A DNA stretch of 64,000 nucleotides. Source: the human T2T-CHM13v2.0 reference genome, Homo sapiens. The notes under the pieces were generated by a model. That model had not been told where the DNA came from. It worked only from the letters and a program-made list of their open reading frames with translations, and searched no databases. Shown here in pieces: positions 13,381 to 24,510 of this stretch. Location of the stretch: NCBI RefSeq assembly GCF_009914755.1, contig NC_060936.1. One strand, written 5' to 3'. The first letter of the stretch is position 1. Each line of letters opens with the position of its first letter. A program made the translations under genes and the position numbers.

Positions 13381-14390
13381 AAGACTTCAGCATCCAGTAA
13401 CGATGGACTGCGTAATTTGGAGTAACACTGTCACTGAGGACAACTAGAAAATATGGACAAGAGATAAAAAATCATCCACTTGAGGACATCAGAGAGATAA
13501 CAGAACAATGAGGAATATCGGGCCAAGATTGGAAAAAGAAAGGGACTCCTACCCTAATGATGTTAACCCAGTAATTGGGGCTGGTTTTGCCCCGGGAATA
13601 TTTGTTGATCCAGATGAGGCTGCTAAGACTAACTAGAGTTTTCACAACCTTAAAAAGGGTACACGGCTGAACACTGAGTTTGGTAAACCACCTTTATCTT
13701 GGATTGGGACTCAAAAGGCTATGCTTCAGGAGTAAGGGTAACCCAGAAGTAAACTAGCCTTCTCCCTAGCTCTAGCCTGGCCCAGATCACCCAGAACAAT
13801 CTCATCCTGAAATTGGATTAAAATAATCCTTGTTGGCCTGGTGCTGTGGCTCATGCCTGTAATCCCAGCACTTTGGGAGGCTGAGGCATGAGGGTCACCT
13901 TAGCTCAGGAGTTTGAGACCACCTTGGGCAACATGGCAAATCCCAGTCTTTACCAAGAAATTTAAAAAAAAAAATTGACAGGCATGGTGGTGCACACCTG
14001 TGGTCTCATCTACTCAGGAGGTTTGGGAGGATCGCTTGAGCCTGGGAGGCTGAGGTTGTAGTGAGCCAAAATCATGCCACTGTACTCCAGTCTGAGTGAC
14101 ATAGTGAGAACCCCCGTTAAAAAAAAAAAAAATCCTTGTTTTTTAATGCCCCCCAGGTACCTATAGAAGCAAATAAAAATTCTCCTAGAGGAATATAATA
14201 TTATTCTATGCCTCAAATTATATCTAGGAATGTTTTTTTCAAACCAAAGTCCTGCACACAGTCAATGATATAACCAAGCCCATGAGGAGATAAGACAACA
14301 TGAATGAGAACCAGCAGAAAAATATAGACGACAGGAAACATCCAGAAGCTGCAGATATCAAGTGGGAATTATTAGATTTCAAAGTCACTA
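13381..14390 (+). mobile_element. Ancient L1ME/HAL1-type 5' end fragment, interrupted by AluJ
   Basis: gacttcagcatccagtaacgatggact...acaactagaaaatatggacaag...ttgaggacatcagagag resembles L1ME 5' end; ORF1-proximal catgaatgagaaccagcagaaaa follows. Confidence 0.55.
13835..14130 (+). mobile_element. AluJ
   Basis: Dimeric Alu with J-diagnostic ggaggatcgcttgagcc; TSD aatccttgtt (13825-13834 / 14131-14140). Confidence 0.93.
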
Positions 14391-16718
14391 AAAATAATTT
14401 AAAATTAATTTTATTTCAACTAGAATTTATCTAGTACTAGTCTAGATAAATTCAAGGATATAAATACAAATAGGTTATAATCTCTACTTTCAGGAAAATT
14501 AGAGTAAAGACATAGAAAATATGTATGCAGTTTTCCTCTTTTATTTATTATGTTTTTATGCAAGGACTGGTAAAATAAAAGAGCAAAGAAAGAAAAAGGT
14601 AAGGGAAATTTCTATCCCCATTAGCTTCCGAGCAAGCATGAGAAAGAGGAATTTAGAGGCAAATATCACTATAAGGGTAAATATTAGAAATAGGGAAAAT
14701 TGACCAAGGTGATGGAAGGAGTGGCTCATCTGAGAAAGTAATGATTGGGCTAAGAACAAAGCATAGGATTTTACTGGTGTTATCTTCTAAATAATAGCTT
14801 GAATACATGACTCCTTGACTTCAAACCTGTAGTGACTCTGTATCCACTATATGATAATGTCTGTGTAGCAGGCTTATTAAATTTACTGAATCAGAAGGTA
14901 CAATCATTTTTCAGCTAGATGTAGAATTAAATTAAATTAATTAATTAAGTCTAAATTAATACTTTAATTTACCATCCAATTTAAAGCTAGGGGTTCCCGC
15001 AGCAAGGAAGTGATATGGGAGCATGGTCTGGTTTTCTTTTCTCTGATTCCCCCTCTCAATCTCTTCCCCCTAGCTTTTAGGATCTGAGCTAGAGAAAAAA
15101 AAAGACTAAGAAAAAAAGAGGTAGTCATTTAATCAGATGGGGCTGCATCAACTTCTCTCTTAGCCACAAGTGATCTTCCAACAGCTGCATTCAAGTCCTG
15201 GCTTCCTTGTGGTGCATATTTGTGAGCTCCTTAGGGGCATTTCCACACTGTACAATTCATGCAGTGGGTGAAGTATTCTCTGGTGAGTCTGTTTTGCACC
15301 CTTCCACAGCTCCCATCCCTATGCAACCACTTCTGCCCCGGGAACACAACCCACTGTGTCTTGTCCCTGAGGCACTCTTACCCTGAAGGCAGTTCTTCCT
15401 TGGTGACCATCTAGGAGACACACTTGGACACCATAAGGCCGAGAGAGGAAACTGCCCTGTTGCTGCCCTGTTTCTCAGCCTTGCTTCTCCTACTCCTAGT
15501 GTAGATCTTGACTCAGCTTCCCACCTTCAGGATTCTCTGGTCAAGAAATACATACAACCCCCAGGTCCATGTGTGTTTCCCAGGGACTCCCTCACTGCCT
15601 TCCATTCTTGCAGCTCTACTGGGAAGAACACAAGAGTTTCTACAGCTGAACAAGCACGAACTCAGGAGTGAAATGCTGGCCTTGCCTCTTTGCAGGCGCC
15701 CTCAGTTTCTCTGAATGTCTTGTTCTCTCTCTCTCTCTCCCAATTTCTCCCTCTCTCTCTCACCCTTCATTCTAAGTCCTCCCCTCTCCTCTTGACTTAG
15801 AAAGAGGAAGGGAAGTAATGTGAAATGCCAAGTATTTTTTCCCCAAGCATAAGATTCACCGCCTCTATTAATCTCCTCTTTAACAAACTGAATTCTTATA
15901 TAAGCCAGAAGGAGGGGTGAAGAGAAGAGGAAAAAGATGCTTTGGACTGTTCTTGATAAGACTTAATGAGGTGTGTGTTGTACCTCTTAAAAGAAATTGT
16001 CCTTAACTTTGGGATTTTAGACAAACTTATAAAGAACAAGAAGAATTGTGTTCAATATCCAGGCACGTTTGATTTCCTAATTATGCCAAAAGACATTCAT
16101 GGTATGACTCCTGATTGATTACCTCTCATGCCTTTCCCCATACTTGGAACACATTCCAAGTGTTCTCAACTACTTGCAACATCTCAAACATGTCTTGTTA
16201 TTTCATGCCTCTCCTAAACTCCTTCAAATCTCAGTTGTTCCCCACTTGGTGTTCCAAATACCTGTCCATTTCTCCAAACAAAAGCAAACATCTCTTCTGT
16301 GGAAACATTTTTCCTTCATTATCCCATTGCTTCTTCATATGTGTTTATCACTAAATTGAAAGGTAATTGTTGAATTCAATCAAAATTTATTGAGTATCTT
16401 CCAAGAGATGAAAATTATTCTCATTATTCTAGGAGCTCCATGAGGCCAGAGGGTATGCCTTATTTACATTATGTTCCCAGACCAATGTAAACATCTGTAG
16501 GAGACAAGAAAATGTCACCCCAAAATATGAAGGGTTGTTGAGTTGAAGGCAATTAAAAAGAAACAGATACAGGAAAGTTCTCTGCCCTCCCTCTATTTAC
16601 CTAAAAGCAGGACACACATTTACAAAGGCAAAAGGTTTTCTGCCCCCTCCTCCTACCGCAGAGAACATAGGTCAATCACTGAAGACAACTTTAGACCTTT
16701 ATCATCTAGAGATGATAC

Positions 16719-17132
16719 TGTCAGGCTTCTGAGTCCAAGCTAAGCCATCATAGCCCCTGTGACCTGCACATACACATCCAGATGGCCAGTTCCTGCCTTA
16801 ACTGATGACATTCTACCACAAAAGAAGTGAAAATGGCCAATTCCTGCCTTAACTGATGACATTATCTTGTGAAATTCCTTCTCCTGGCTCATCCTGGCTC
16901 AAAAGCTCCCCTACTGAGCACCTTGTGACCCCAGAGAACACCTGCCCACCAGAGAACGACCCCCCTTTGACTGTAATTTTCCTTTACCTACCCAAATCTT
17001 ATAAAATGGCCCCACCCCTATCTCTCTTTGCTGTCTTTTCGGACTCAGCCCACCTTTACCCGGGTGAAATAAACAGCCTTGTTGCTCACACAAAGCCTGT
17101 TTGGTGGTCTCTTCACATGGATGTGCATGAAA
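16719..17132 (+). promoter_or_regulatory. HERV-H 5' LTR (LTR7 family, 414 bp)
   Basis: tgtcagg...catgaaa; two cctgccttaactgatgacatt repeats; TATAAAA 17000-17006; KLF-type gccccaccc 17009-17017; AATAAA 17068-17073. Confidence 0.95.
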
Positions 17133-17134
17133 TT

Positions 17135-17152
17135 TGGTGCTGTGACTTGGAT
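17135..17152 (+). other. Primer-binding site, tRNA-His
   Basis: tggtgctgtgacttggat vs canonical TGGTGCCGTGACTCGGAT (two CpG-type C>T changes), immediately 3' of the LTR. Confidence 0.9.
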
Positions 17153-17275
17153 CGGGGGACCTCCCTTGGGAGATCAATCCCCTGTCCTCCTGCTCTTTGC
17201 TCGGTGAGAAAGATCCACCTACGACCTCGGGTCCTCAGACCGACCAGCCCTAGGAACATCTCACAAATTTCAAAT

Positions 17276-17284
17276 CCGGTAAGC
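17276..17284 (+). other. HERV-H leader splice donor CCG|GTAAGC
   Basis: Near-consensus 5' splice site about 145 nt downstream of the LTR, where HERV-H chimeric transcripts typically splice. Confidence 0.75.
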
Positions 17285-17869
17285 GGCCTCGTTTTACTCT
17301 CTTCTCCAACCTCCCTCACTATCCCTCAACCTCTTTCTCCTTTCAATCTTGGCGCCACACTTCAATCTCTCCCTTCTCTTAATATCGATTCCTTTCATTT
17401 TCTGGTAGAGACAAAGGAGACACATTTTATCCGTGGACCCAAAACTCTGGCGCCTGTCACGGACTCAGGGAGGCAGCCTTCCCTTGGTGTTTAACCATTG
17501 CAGGATGCCTCTGTGATTATTCACTCATGTTCCATTGGTGTCTGATTTCTGCGGGGACGCCTGCCTTGATCATTCACCCACGTTCCCTTGGTGGCAAGTC
17601 AATTGTGGGGATGCCTGCTTTGGCTGCTCACCCACGTTGGAGCCCAGGGCTTCTCCCCACCCCCTTCTCCGTGTCTCTACTCTTCTCTTTAAACTTGCCT
17701 CCTTCACTATAGGCAAACTTCCACCCTCCATTCCTCCTTCTTCTCCCTTAGCCTGTGTTCTTAAGAACTTAAAACCTCTTCAACTCTCACCTGACCTAAA
17801 ATCTAAGCATCTTATTCTCTTCTGCAATGCTGCTTGACCCCAATACAAACTCAACAGTAGTTCCAAATA

Positions 17870-18941
17870 GCCAGAAAATGGCACTTTCAATTTTTCCATC
17901 CTACAAGATCTAAATAATTCTTGTCGTAAAATAGGCAAACGGTCTGAGGTGCCTGACGTCCAGGCATTCTTTTACACATTGGGCCCTCCCTAGTCTCTGT
18001 TCTCAATGCAACTCATCCCAAATCTTCCTTCCCTCCCACCTGTCCCCTCAGTCCCAACCCCAAGCGTCGCTGAGTCTTTCTAATCTTCCTTTTCTACAGA
18101 CCCATCTGACCTCTCCCCTCCTCTCCAGGCCGAGCTAGGTCCCAATTGTTCCTCAGCCTCTGCTCCTCCACCCTATAATCCTTTTTTCACCTCCCCTCCT
18201 CACACCCGGTCTGACTTACAGTTTCGTTCTGTGACTAGCCCTCCCCAACCTGCCCAGCAATTTCCTCTTAAAAAGGTGGCTGGAGCTAAGGCATAGTCAA
18301 GGTTAATGCTCCTTTTTCTTTATCCCAAATCAGATAGCATTTAGGCTCTTTTTCATCAAATGTAAAAACCCAGCCCAGTTCATGGCTCATTTGGCAGCAA
18401 CCCTGAGATGCTTTACAGCCCTAGACCCTAAAAGGTCAAAAGGCTGTCTTATTCTCAATATACATTTTATTACCCAATCTGCTCGCAACATTAAATAAAA
18501 CTCCAAAAATTAAATTCCGGCCCTCAAACCCCACAACACGACTTGATTAACCTTGCCTTCAAAGTGTACAATAATAGAGTAGAGGCAGCCAATTAGCAAC
18601 ATATTTCTGAGTTGCAATTCCTTGCTTCCACTGTGAGACAAACCCCAGCCACATCTCCAGCACACAAGAACTTCCAAACGCCTAAACTGCAGTGGCCGGG
18701 CATTCCTTCAGGCCCACCTCCCCCAGGAGCTTGCTACAAGTGCCAGAAATCTGGCCACAAGGCCAAGGAATGCCCACAGCCTGGGATTCCTCCTAAGCCA
18801 TGTCCCATCTGTGTGGGACCCCACTGGAAATTGGACTGTCCAACTCACCTGGCAGCCACTCCCAGAACCCCTGGAACTCTGGCCCAAGGCTGTCTGACTG
18901 ACTCCTTCCCAGATCTTCTCAGCTTAGCGGCTGAAGACTGA
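17870..18941 (+). pseudogene. gag: HERV-H gag remnant (nucleocapsid zinc knuckles in ORF 18612-18941)
   Basis: CYKCQKSGHKAKEC and CPICVGPHWKLDC CCHC motifs; ends GAC TGA; upstream frames interrupted. Confidence 0.85.
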
Positions 18942-21720
18942 CACTGCCTGATCGCTTCGGAAGCCCCTAGACCATCGTGGGCACCGAGCTTCGAGTAAGT
19001 CTCACAGTGGAAAGTAAGTCCGTCCCCTTCTTAATCAATATGGAGGCTACCCACTCCACATTACCTTCTTTTCAAAGGCCTGTTTCTCTTGCTTCCATAA
19101 CTGTTGTGGGTATTGACGGCCATGCTTCTAGACCTCTTAAAACTCCCCAACTCTGGTGCCAACTTAGACAGTACTTTTTTAAGCACTCCTTTTTAGTTAT
19201 CCCCACCTGCCCAGTTCCCTTATTAGGCTGAGACACTTTAAATTATCTGCTTCCCTGACTATTCCTGGACTACAGCCACATCTCATTGCCGCCCTTCTTC
19301 CCAATCCAAAGCCTCCTTTGCGTCCTCCTCTTGTATCCCCTAACCTTAACCCACAAGTATAGGATACCTCTACTCCCTCCTTGGTGACTGATCATGCACC
19401 CCTTACCATCTCATTAAAACCTAATCACCCTTACCCCGCTCAACGCCAATATCCCATCCCGCAGCATGCTTTAAAAAGATTAAAGCCTGTTTATCACTCG
19501 CCTGCTACAACATGGCCTTTTAAAGCCTGTAAACTCTCCTTACAATTCCCCCATTTTACCTGTCCTAAAACCAGACAAGCCTTACAAGTTAATTCAGGAT
19601 CTGCACCTTATCAACCAAATTGTTTTGACTATCCACCCCATAGTGCCAAACCCATATACTCTCCTATCCTCAATACCTCCCTCCACAATCCATTATTCTG
19701 TTCTGGATCTCAAACATGCTTTCTTTACTATTCCTTTGCACCCTTCATCCCAGCCTCTCTTTGCTTTCACTTGGACTGACCCTGACACCCATCACGCTCA
19801 GCAAATTATCTACGCTGTACTGCCACAAGTCTTCACAGACAGCCCCCATTACTTCAGTCAAGCCCAAATTTCATCCTCATCTGTTACCTATCTCGGCATA
19901 ATTCTCATAAAAACACACGTGCTCTCCCTGCTGATCGTGTTTGACTAATCTCCCAAACCTCAATCCCTTCTACAAAACAACAACTCCTTTCCTTCCTAGG
20001 CATGGTTAGTGCAGTCAGAATTCTTACACGAGAGCCAAGACTGCACCTTGTAGCCTTTCTGTCCAAACAACTTGACCTTACTGTTTTAGCCTAGCCCTCA
20101 TGTCTGCGTGCAGTGGCTGCTGCTGCTTTAATACTTTTAGAGGCCCTAAAAATCACAAACTATGCTCAACTCACTCTCTACAGTTCTCATAACTTCCAAA
20201 ATCTATTTTCCTCTTCATACCTGATGCATATACTTTCTGCTTCCCGGCTCCTTCAGCTATGCTCACTCCTTGTTGAGTCTCCCACAATTACCATTGTTCC
20301 CAGCATGGACTTCAGTCCGGCCTCCCACATTATTCTGGATATTACACCTGACCCTCATGACTATATCTCTCTGATCCACCTGATCCCCATATTTCTTTAT
20401 TTCCTGTTCCTCACCCTGATCACATTTAGTTTATTGATGGCAGTCCCACCAGGCCTAATTGCCATTCACCAGCAAAAGCAGGCTATGCTATAGTATCTTC
20501 CACATCTATCATTGAGGCTACCACTCTGCCCCCCTCCACTACCTCTCAGCAAGCCAAACTAGTTGCCTTAACTCAAGCCCTCACTCTTGCAAAAGGACTA
20601 CACATCAATATTTATACTGACTCTAAATATGCCTTTCGTATTCTGCACCACCATGCTGTTATATAGGCTGAAAGAGGTTCCCTCACTGCTCAAAGGTCCT
20701 CCGTCATTAATTAATGCCTCTTTGATAAAAACTGCTCGAGGCCGCTTTACTTCCAAAGGAAGCTGGAGCCCTTTTACTGCAAAGGCCATCAGAAGGCATC
20801 AGATCCCATTGCTCTAGGCAACACTTAGGCTGATAAAGTGGCTATACAAGCAGTTAGCTTTCCAACTTCGTCCCTCATGGCCAGTTTTTCTCCTTCACAT
20901 CGGTCACTCCCACCTACTAGCCCGCTGAAACTTCACCTATCAATCTCTTCCCACACAAGGCAAATAGTTCTTAGACCAAGGAAAATATCTCCTTCCAGCC
21001 TCATGGCCCATTCTATTCTGTTGTCATTTCATAACCTCTTCCTTGTAAGTTGCAAGCTGCTAGCCCATCTCTTAGAACCTCTCATTTCCTTTCCATCCTG
21101 GAAATCTATCCTCAAAGAAATCACTTCTCAGTGTTCCATCTACTATTCTACCACCCCTCAGGGATTGTTCAGGCCCCCTCCCTTTCCTACACATCAAGCT
21201 CGAGGATTTGCCCCTGCCCAAGACTGGCAAATTGACTTTACTCACATGCCCCTAGTCAGAAAACTAAAATACCTCTTAGTCTAGGTAGACACTTTCAGTG
21301 GGTAGGTAGAGGCCTTTCCCACAGGGTCTGAGAAGGCCACTGTGGTCATTTTTTCCCTTCTGTCAGACATAATTCCTCGGTTTGGCCTTCCCACCTCTGT
21401 ACAGTCTGATAGGAGACCGGCCTTTATTAGTCAAATCAGCCAAGCATTTTTTCAGGCTCTTAGTATTTAGTGAAACCTTTATATCCCTTACAGTCCTCAA
21501 TCTTCAGGAAAAGTAGAACAGACTAATAGTCTTTTAAAAACACACCTCACCAAGCTCAGCCACCAGCTTAAAAATGACTAGACAATACTTTTACCACTTT
21601 CCTTTCTCAGAATTCAGGACTATCCTCGGAATGCTACAGGGTACAGCCCATTTGAGCTCCTATATAGACCTCCTTTTTATTAGGCCCCAGTCTCATTCCA
21701 GACACCAGACCAACTTGGAC
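18942..21720 (+). pseudogene. pol: HERV-H pro-pol remnant (protease, RT, RNase H, integrase), frameshifted and internally deleted
   Basis: FLINMEATHSTL (degenerate protease site), YSVLDLKHAFFTIPLHPSSQPLFAFTW (RT), APAQDWQIDFTHMP (integrase); multiple stops. Confidence 0.9.
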
Positions 21721-22322
21721 TGTGCCCCAAAAAATTTGTCATCCCTACTATCTTCTGTCTAGTCATACTCCTATTCACCATTCTCAACTACTCATACATG
21801 CCCTGCTCTTGTTTACACTGCGCTCTTGTTTACACTGCCAGTTTACACTGTTTCTCCAAGCCATCACAGCTGATATCTCCTGGTGCTATCCCCAAACTGC
21901 CACTCTTAACTCTTAAAGTAAATAAATAATCTTTGCTGGCAGGACTATGCTGAATCTCCTTAGGCACTCTCTAATTAAATGTCCTAGGTCCTCCCAATTC
22001 TTAGACATTTAATACCTGTTTTTCTCCTTCTCTTATTCCATTTAGTTTTTCAATTCATGCAAAACCATATCCAGGCCATCACCAATAATTCTAAATGACA
22101 AATGTTTCTTCTAACAACCCCACAATATCATCCCTTACTACAAAATCTTCCTTCAGCTTAATCTCTCCCACTCTAGGTTCCCGTGCCGCCCCTAATCCCC
22201 CTGGAAGCAGCCCTGAGAAACATCGCCCATTATCTCTCCATACCACCCCCAAAAATTTTCACAATCCCAACATTTTACCACTATTTCATTTTATTTTTCT
22301 TATTAATATAAGAAGACAGGAA

Positions 22323-22736
22323 TGTCAGGCCTCTGAGGCCAAGCTAAGCCATCATATCCCCTGTGACCTGTACATACACATCCAGATGGCCAGTTCCTGC
22401 CTTAACTGATGACATTTCACCACAAAAGAAGTGAAAATGGTCTGTTCCTGCCTTAACTGATGACATTACCTTGTGAAATTCCTTCTCCTGGCTCATCCTG
22501 GCTCAAAAGCTCCCCTACTGAGCACCTTGTGACCCCCACACCTGCCCGCCAGAGAACAACCCCTCTTTGACTGTAATTTTTCTTTACCTATCCAAATCTT
22601 ATAAAATGGCCCCACCCCTATCTCCCTTCGCTGGCTCTCTTTTCGGACTCAGCCCGCCTGCACCCAGGTGAAATAAACAGCCTTGTTGCTCACACAAAGC
22701 CTGTTTGGTGGTCTCTTCACAGGGATGCCCGTGAAA
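22323..22736 (+). promoter_or_regulatory. HERV-H 3' LTR (LTR7 family, 414 bp), poly(A) signal 22672-22677
   Basis: Direct repeat of the 5' LTR (about 25 substitutions and 2 small indels by manual alignment), preceded by PPT. Confidence 0.95.
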
Positions 22737-23236
22737 GATACCAGAGGAATCTACATGAACAAGCTGTACTAATGAGCCTTTATCTGCCATTTATTTTTCT
22801 ACTCACAAGTTCTCACCCCTGGAACTCAAAGTCATTTTCCTTTAGTCTCATCACTTCTCTAAAATTTGTTGTTCATTGTTAAGATGCTATATACGCTGGA
22901 ATTTGAAGCCACCTCTTGGAGGACTACATATTCCCTGGTCATCTCCATGTATATGTGAAATTAGACTTCTGTTTTCCTCTTGCTGATCTGTCTTTTATTA
23001 TAGGGGCCCATTCCAACTAAGGCCCTATTGTTGATGAAAGAAAATGTTATTCTGCCCTACTCACCCATAGGTATTGAAGAGTAAATGAATAAGTTAGTGA
23101 AATAAGTATTGTAAAAGGAAAAATATGGATATAAATCCAGCACCACGAAAACAAAGAAGAAAAAGGGACTCCAACTAAACGTATCAAGAAAAGCATTTTG
23201 GAGAAGGCGATATTTTCTCTAGACTTTGAAGAAAGG

Positions 23237-23657
23237 TGCTATGAGGTGAATTGTGTCCCCCTAAATCCATATATTGAAGTTCTAATCCCCAGTACCTCAG
23301 AATGCGACCTTATTTAGAAATAGGGCCATAGCAGATGCAATTAGTTAAGATGAAGTCATACTGAGTAGAACGAGACCCTAATCCAGAAGACTGGTGCCTG
23401 TTAAAAAAGGGGGAATTTTGGAGAATGCCACATGAAGATGGGGCAAAGGCCAAGGAATGTCAAAGATTGCCAGCAAAACACCAAAGCTAGGAGGGAGAAG
23501 CAGGAAGCAAATTCTTCCTTGCAGCCCTCAGGAAGAACCAACCCCACTGACACCTAATTTCAGGCATATAGCCTGCAGAATGGAGAGATAATAAATCTCT
23601 CTTATTGAAGCCACCAGTCTGTGGTACTTTGGTATGGGAGCCTATTAAGCTAATATG
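23237..23657 (+). mobile_element. MaLR MLT1C-like solo LTR
   Basis: tgctatgaggtgaattgtgtcccc...gccaaggaatgtcaaagattgccagcaa...aagccaccagtctgtggtactttg; near-TSD aaagg/gaagg. Confidence 0.85.
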
Positions 23658-23929
23658 GAAGGGTAAGAATTCATCAGGAAAACATTGGGAAGCACAATAC
23701 AGCTTGAACAAAGGGAAGAAAGGTGAGTGAGCCCTGGGAGCAGTCCATGCTCCTCAGGAGTGGAAAAGATGCTGCATGGGCTAGGGGCAAATATATGGCA
23801 GAAGTTAAGATGATATGAGAAGCTTTGAGCCTGATTATAAAGAGTTGTCTTGCTGAAAAGCTAGGATTTTTGTTCTAAGTAATAGGGACATTTCCCACCT
23901 TGTTAAGCTATGGAGAATATTATCAGTCA

Positions 23930-24510
23930 TGATTCAATCATTTATTTAATCAACAAATACTGTGTAACTGCTTCATTGTTCTAGGCATTGAGGATAAAGT
24001 AGGGGGTGAGAGACAATAAACACATAAAATAAACAAATGAATTTTATATTGCAATGATTGTTGTGGAGGAAAAGAGTGAGGGTAATAACTGGGGAAGATA
24101 GAGAAATAAATATATGTCAAATAATGACATCAACTGAAGAAAAATAAACCAGGCAGGTTGAGGAGACAGAGAGTTCAACAGAGGGGAAGGGAGCAGAGCG
24201 GGATGTGTTATTTGAGGAGGGTGATCAGGGAAGTTGTCTCTTTTAAGTATCATTTGAGATCAGCAGGAATCCAGGAGCAAGCCTTGCAGTATTTCCAGGA
24301 TTAGCAGTTCTGGCCCCAGGGGTGGGGGTGGTGGGAGTGGTGTTTGCCTTATGGTGTTTGAGGGAACAAGAAGGAAGTCATTGCAGCTGTCTTGCAGTGA
24401 GCAGAAGGGAGAGTTTGAGGAGATGAAAGAGTTTGCCAGGAGGTGGGAGATAACAGGATATGACAATGAGAAATAATTAGAATTACTAACTCTGGGTTCT
24501 TTTCTCTTGG
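23930..24510 (-). mobile_element. L2 LINE fragment
   Basis: attcaatcatttatttaatcaacaaatac...ctaggcattgaggata; gtgatcagggaag; gtttgagggaacaagaaggaag. Confidence 0.6.

Larger units (their letters stand above)
16719..22736 (+). mobile_element. HERV-H provirus, 6018 bp, two LTR7s, defective gag-pro-pol, env largely deleted
   Basis: Paired LTRs, tRNA-His PBS, PPT (aagaagacaggaa), perfect 5-bp TSD GATAC (16714-16718 / 22737-22741), retroviral motifs in ORF fragments. Confidence 0.97.
16496..23061 (+). mobile_element. MER34-family (ERV1) solo LTR split by the HERV-H provirus
   Basis: tgtaggagacaagaaaatgtcaccccaaaatatg...ctgccctccctctatttacctaaaagcaggaca on the left; LTR resumes at 22742 and ends ttctgccctac; imperfect TSD catc/cacc. 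Confidence 0.75.

Noticed and set aside
18612-21720. Coding-competent HERV-H gag/pol
   Set aside because: Frames are fragmented, the protease DTG motif is lost and the RT region is internally deleted
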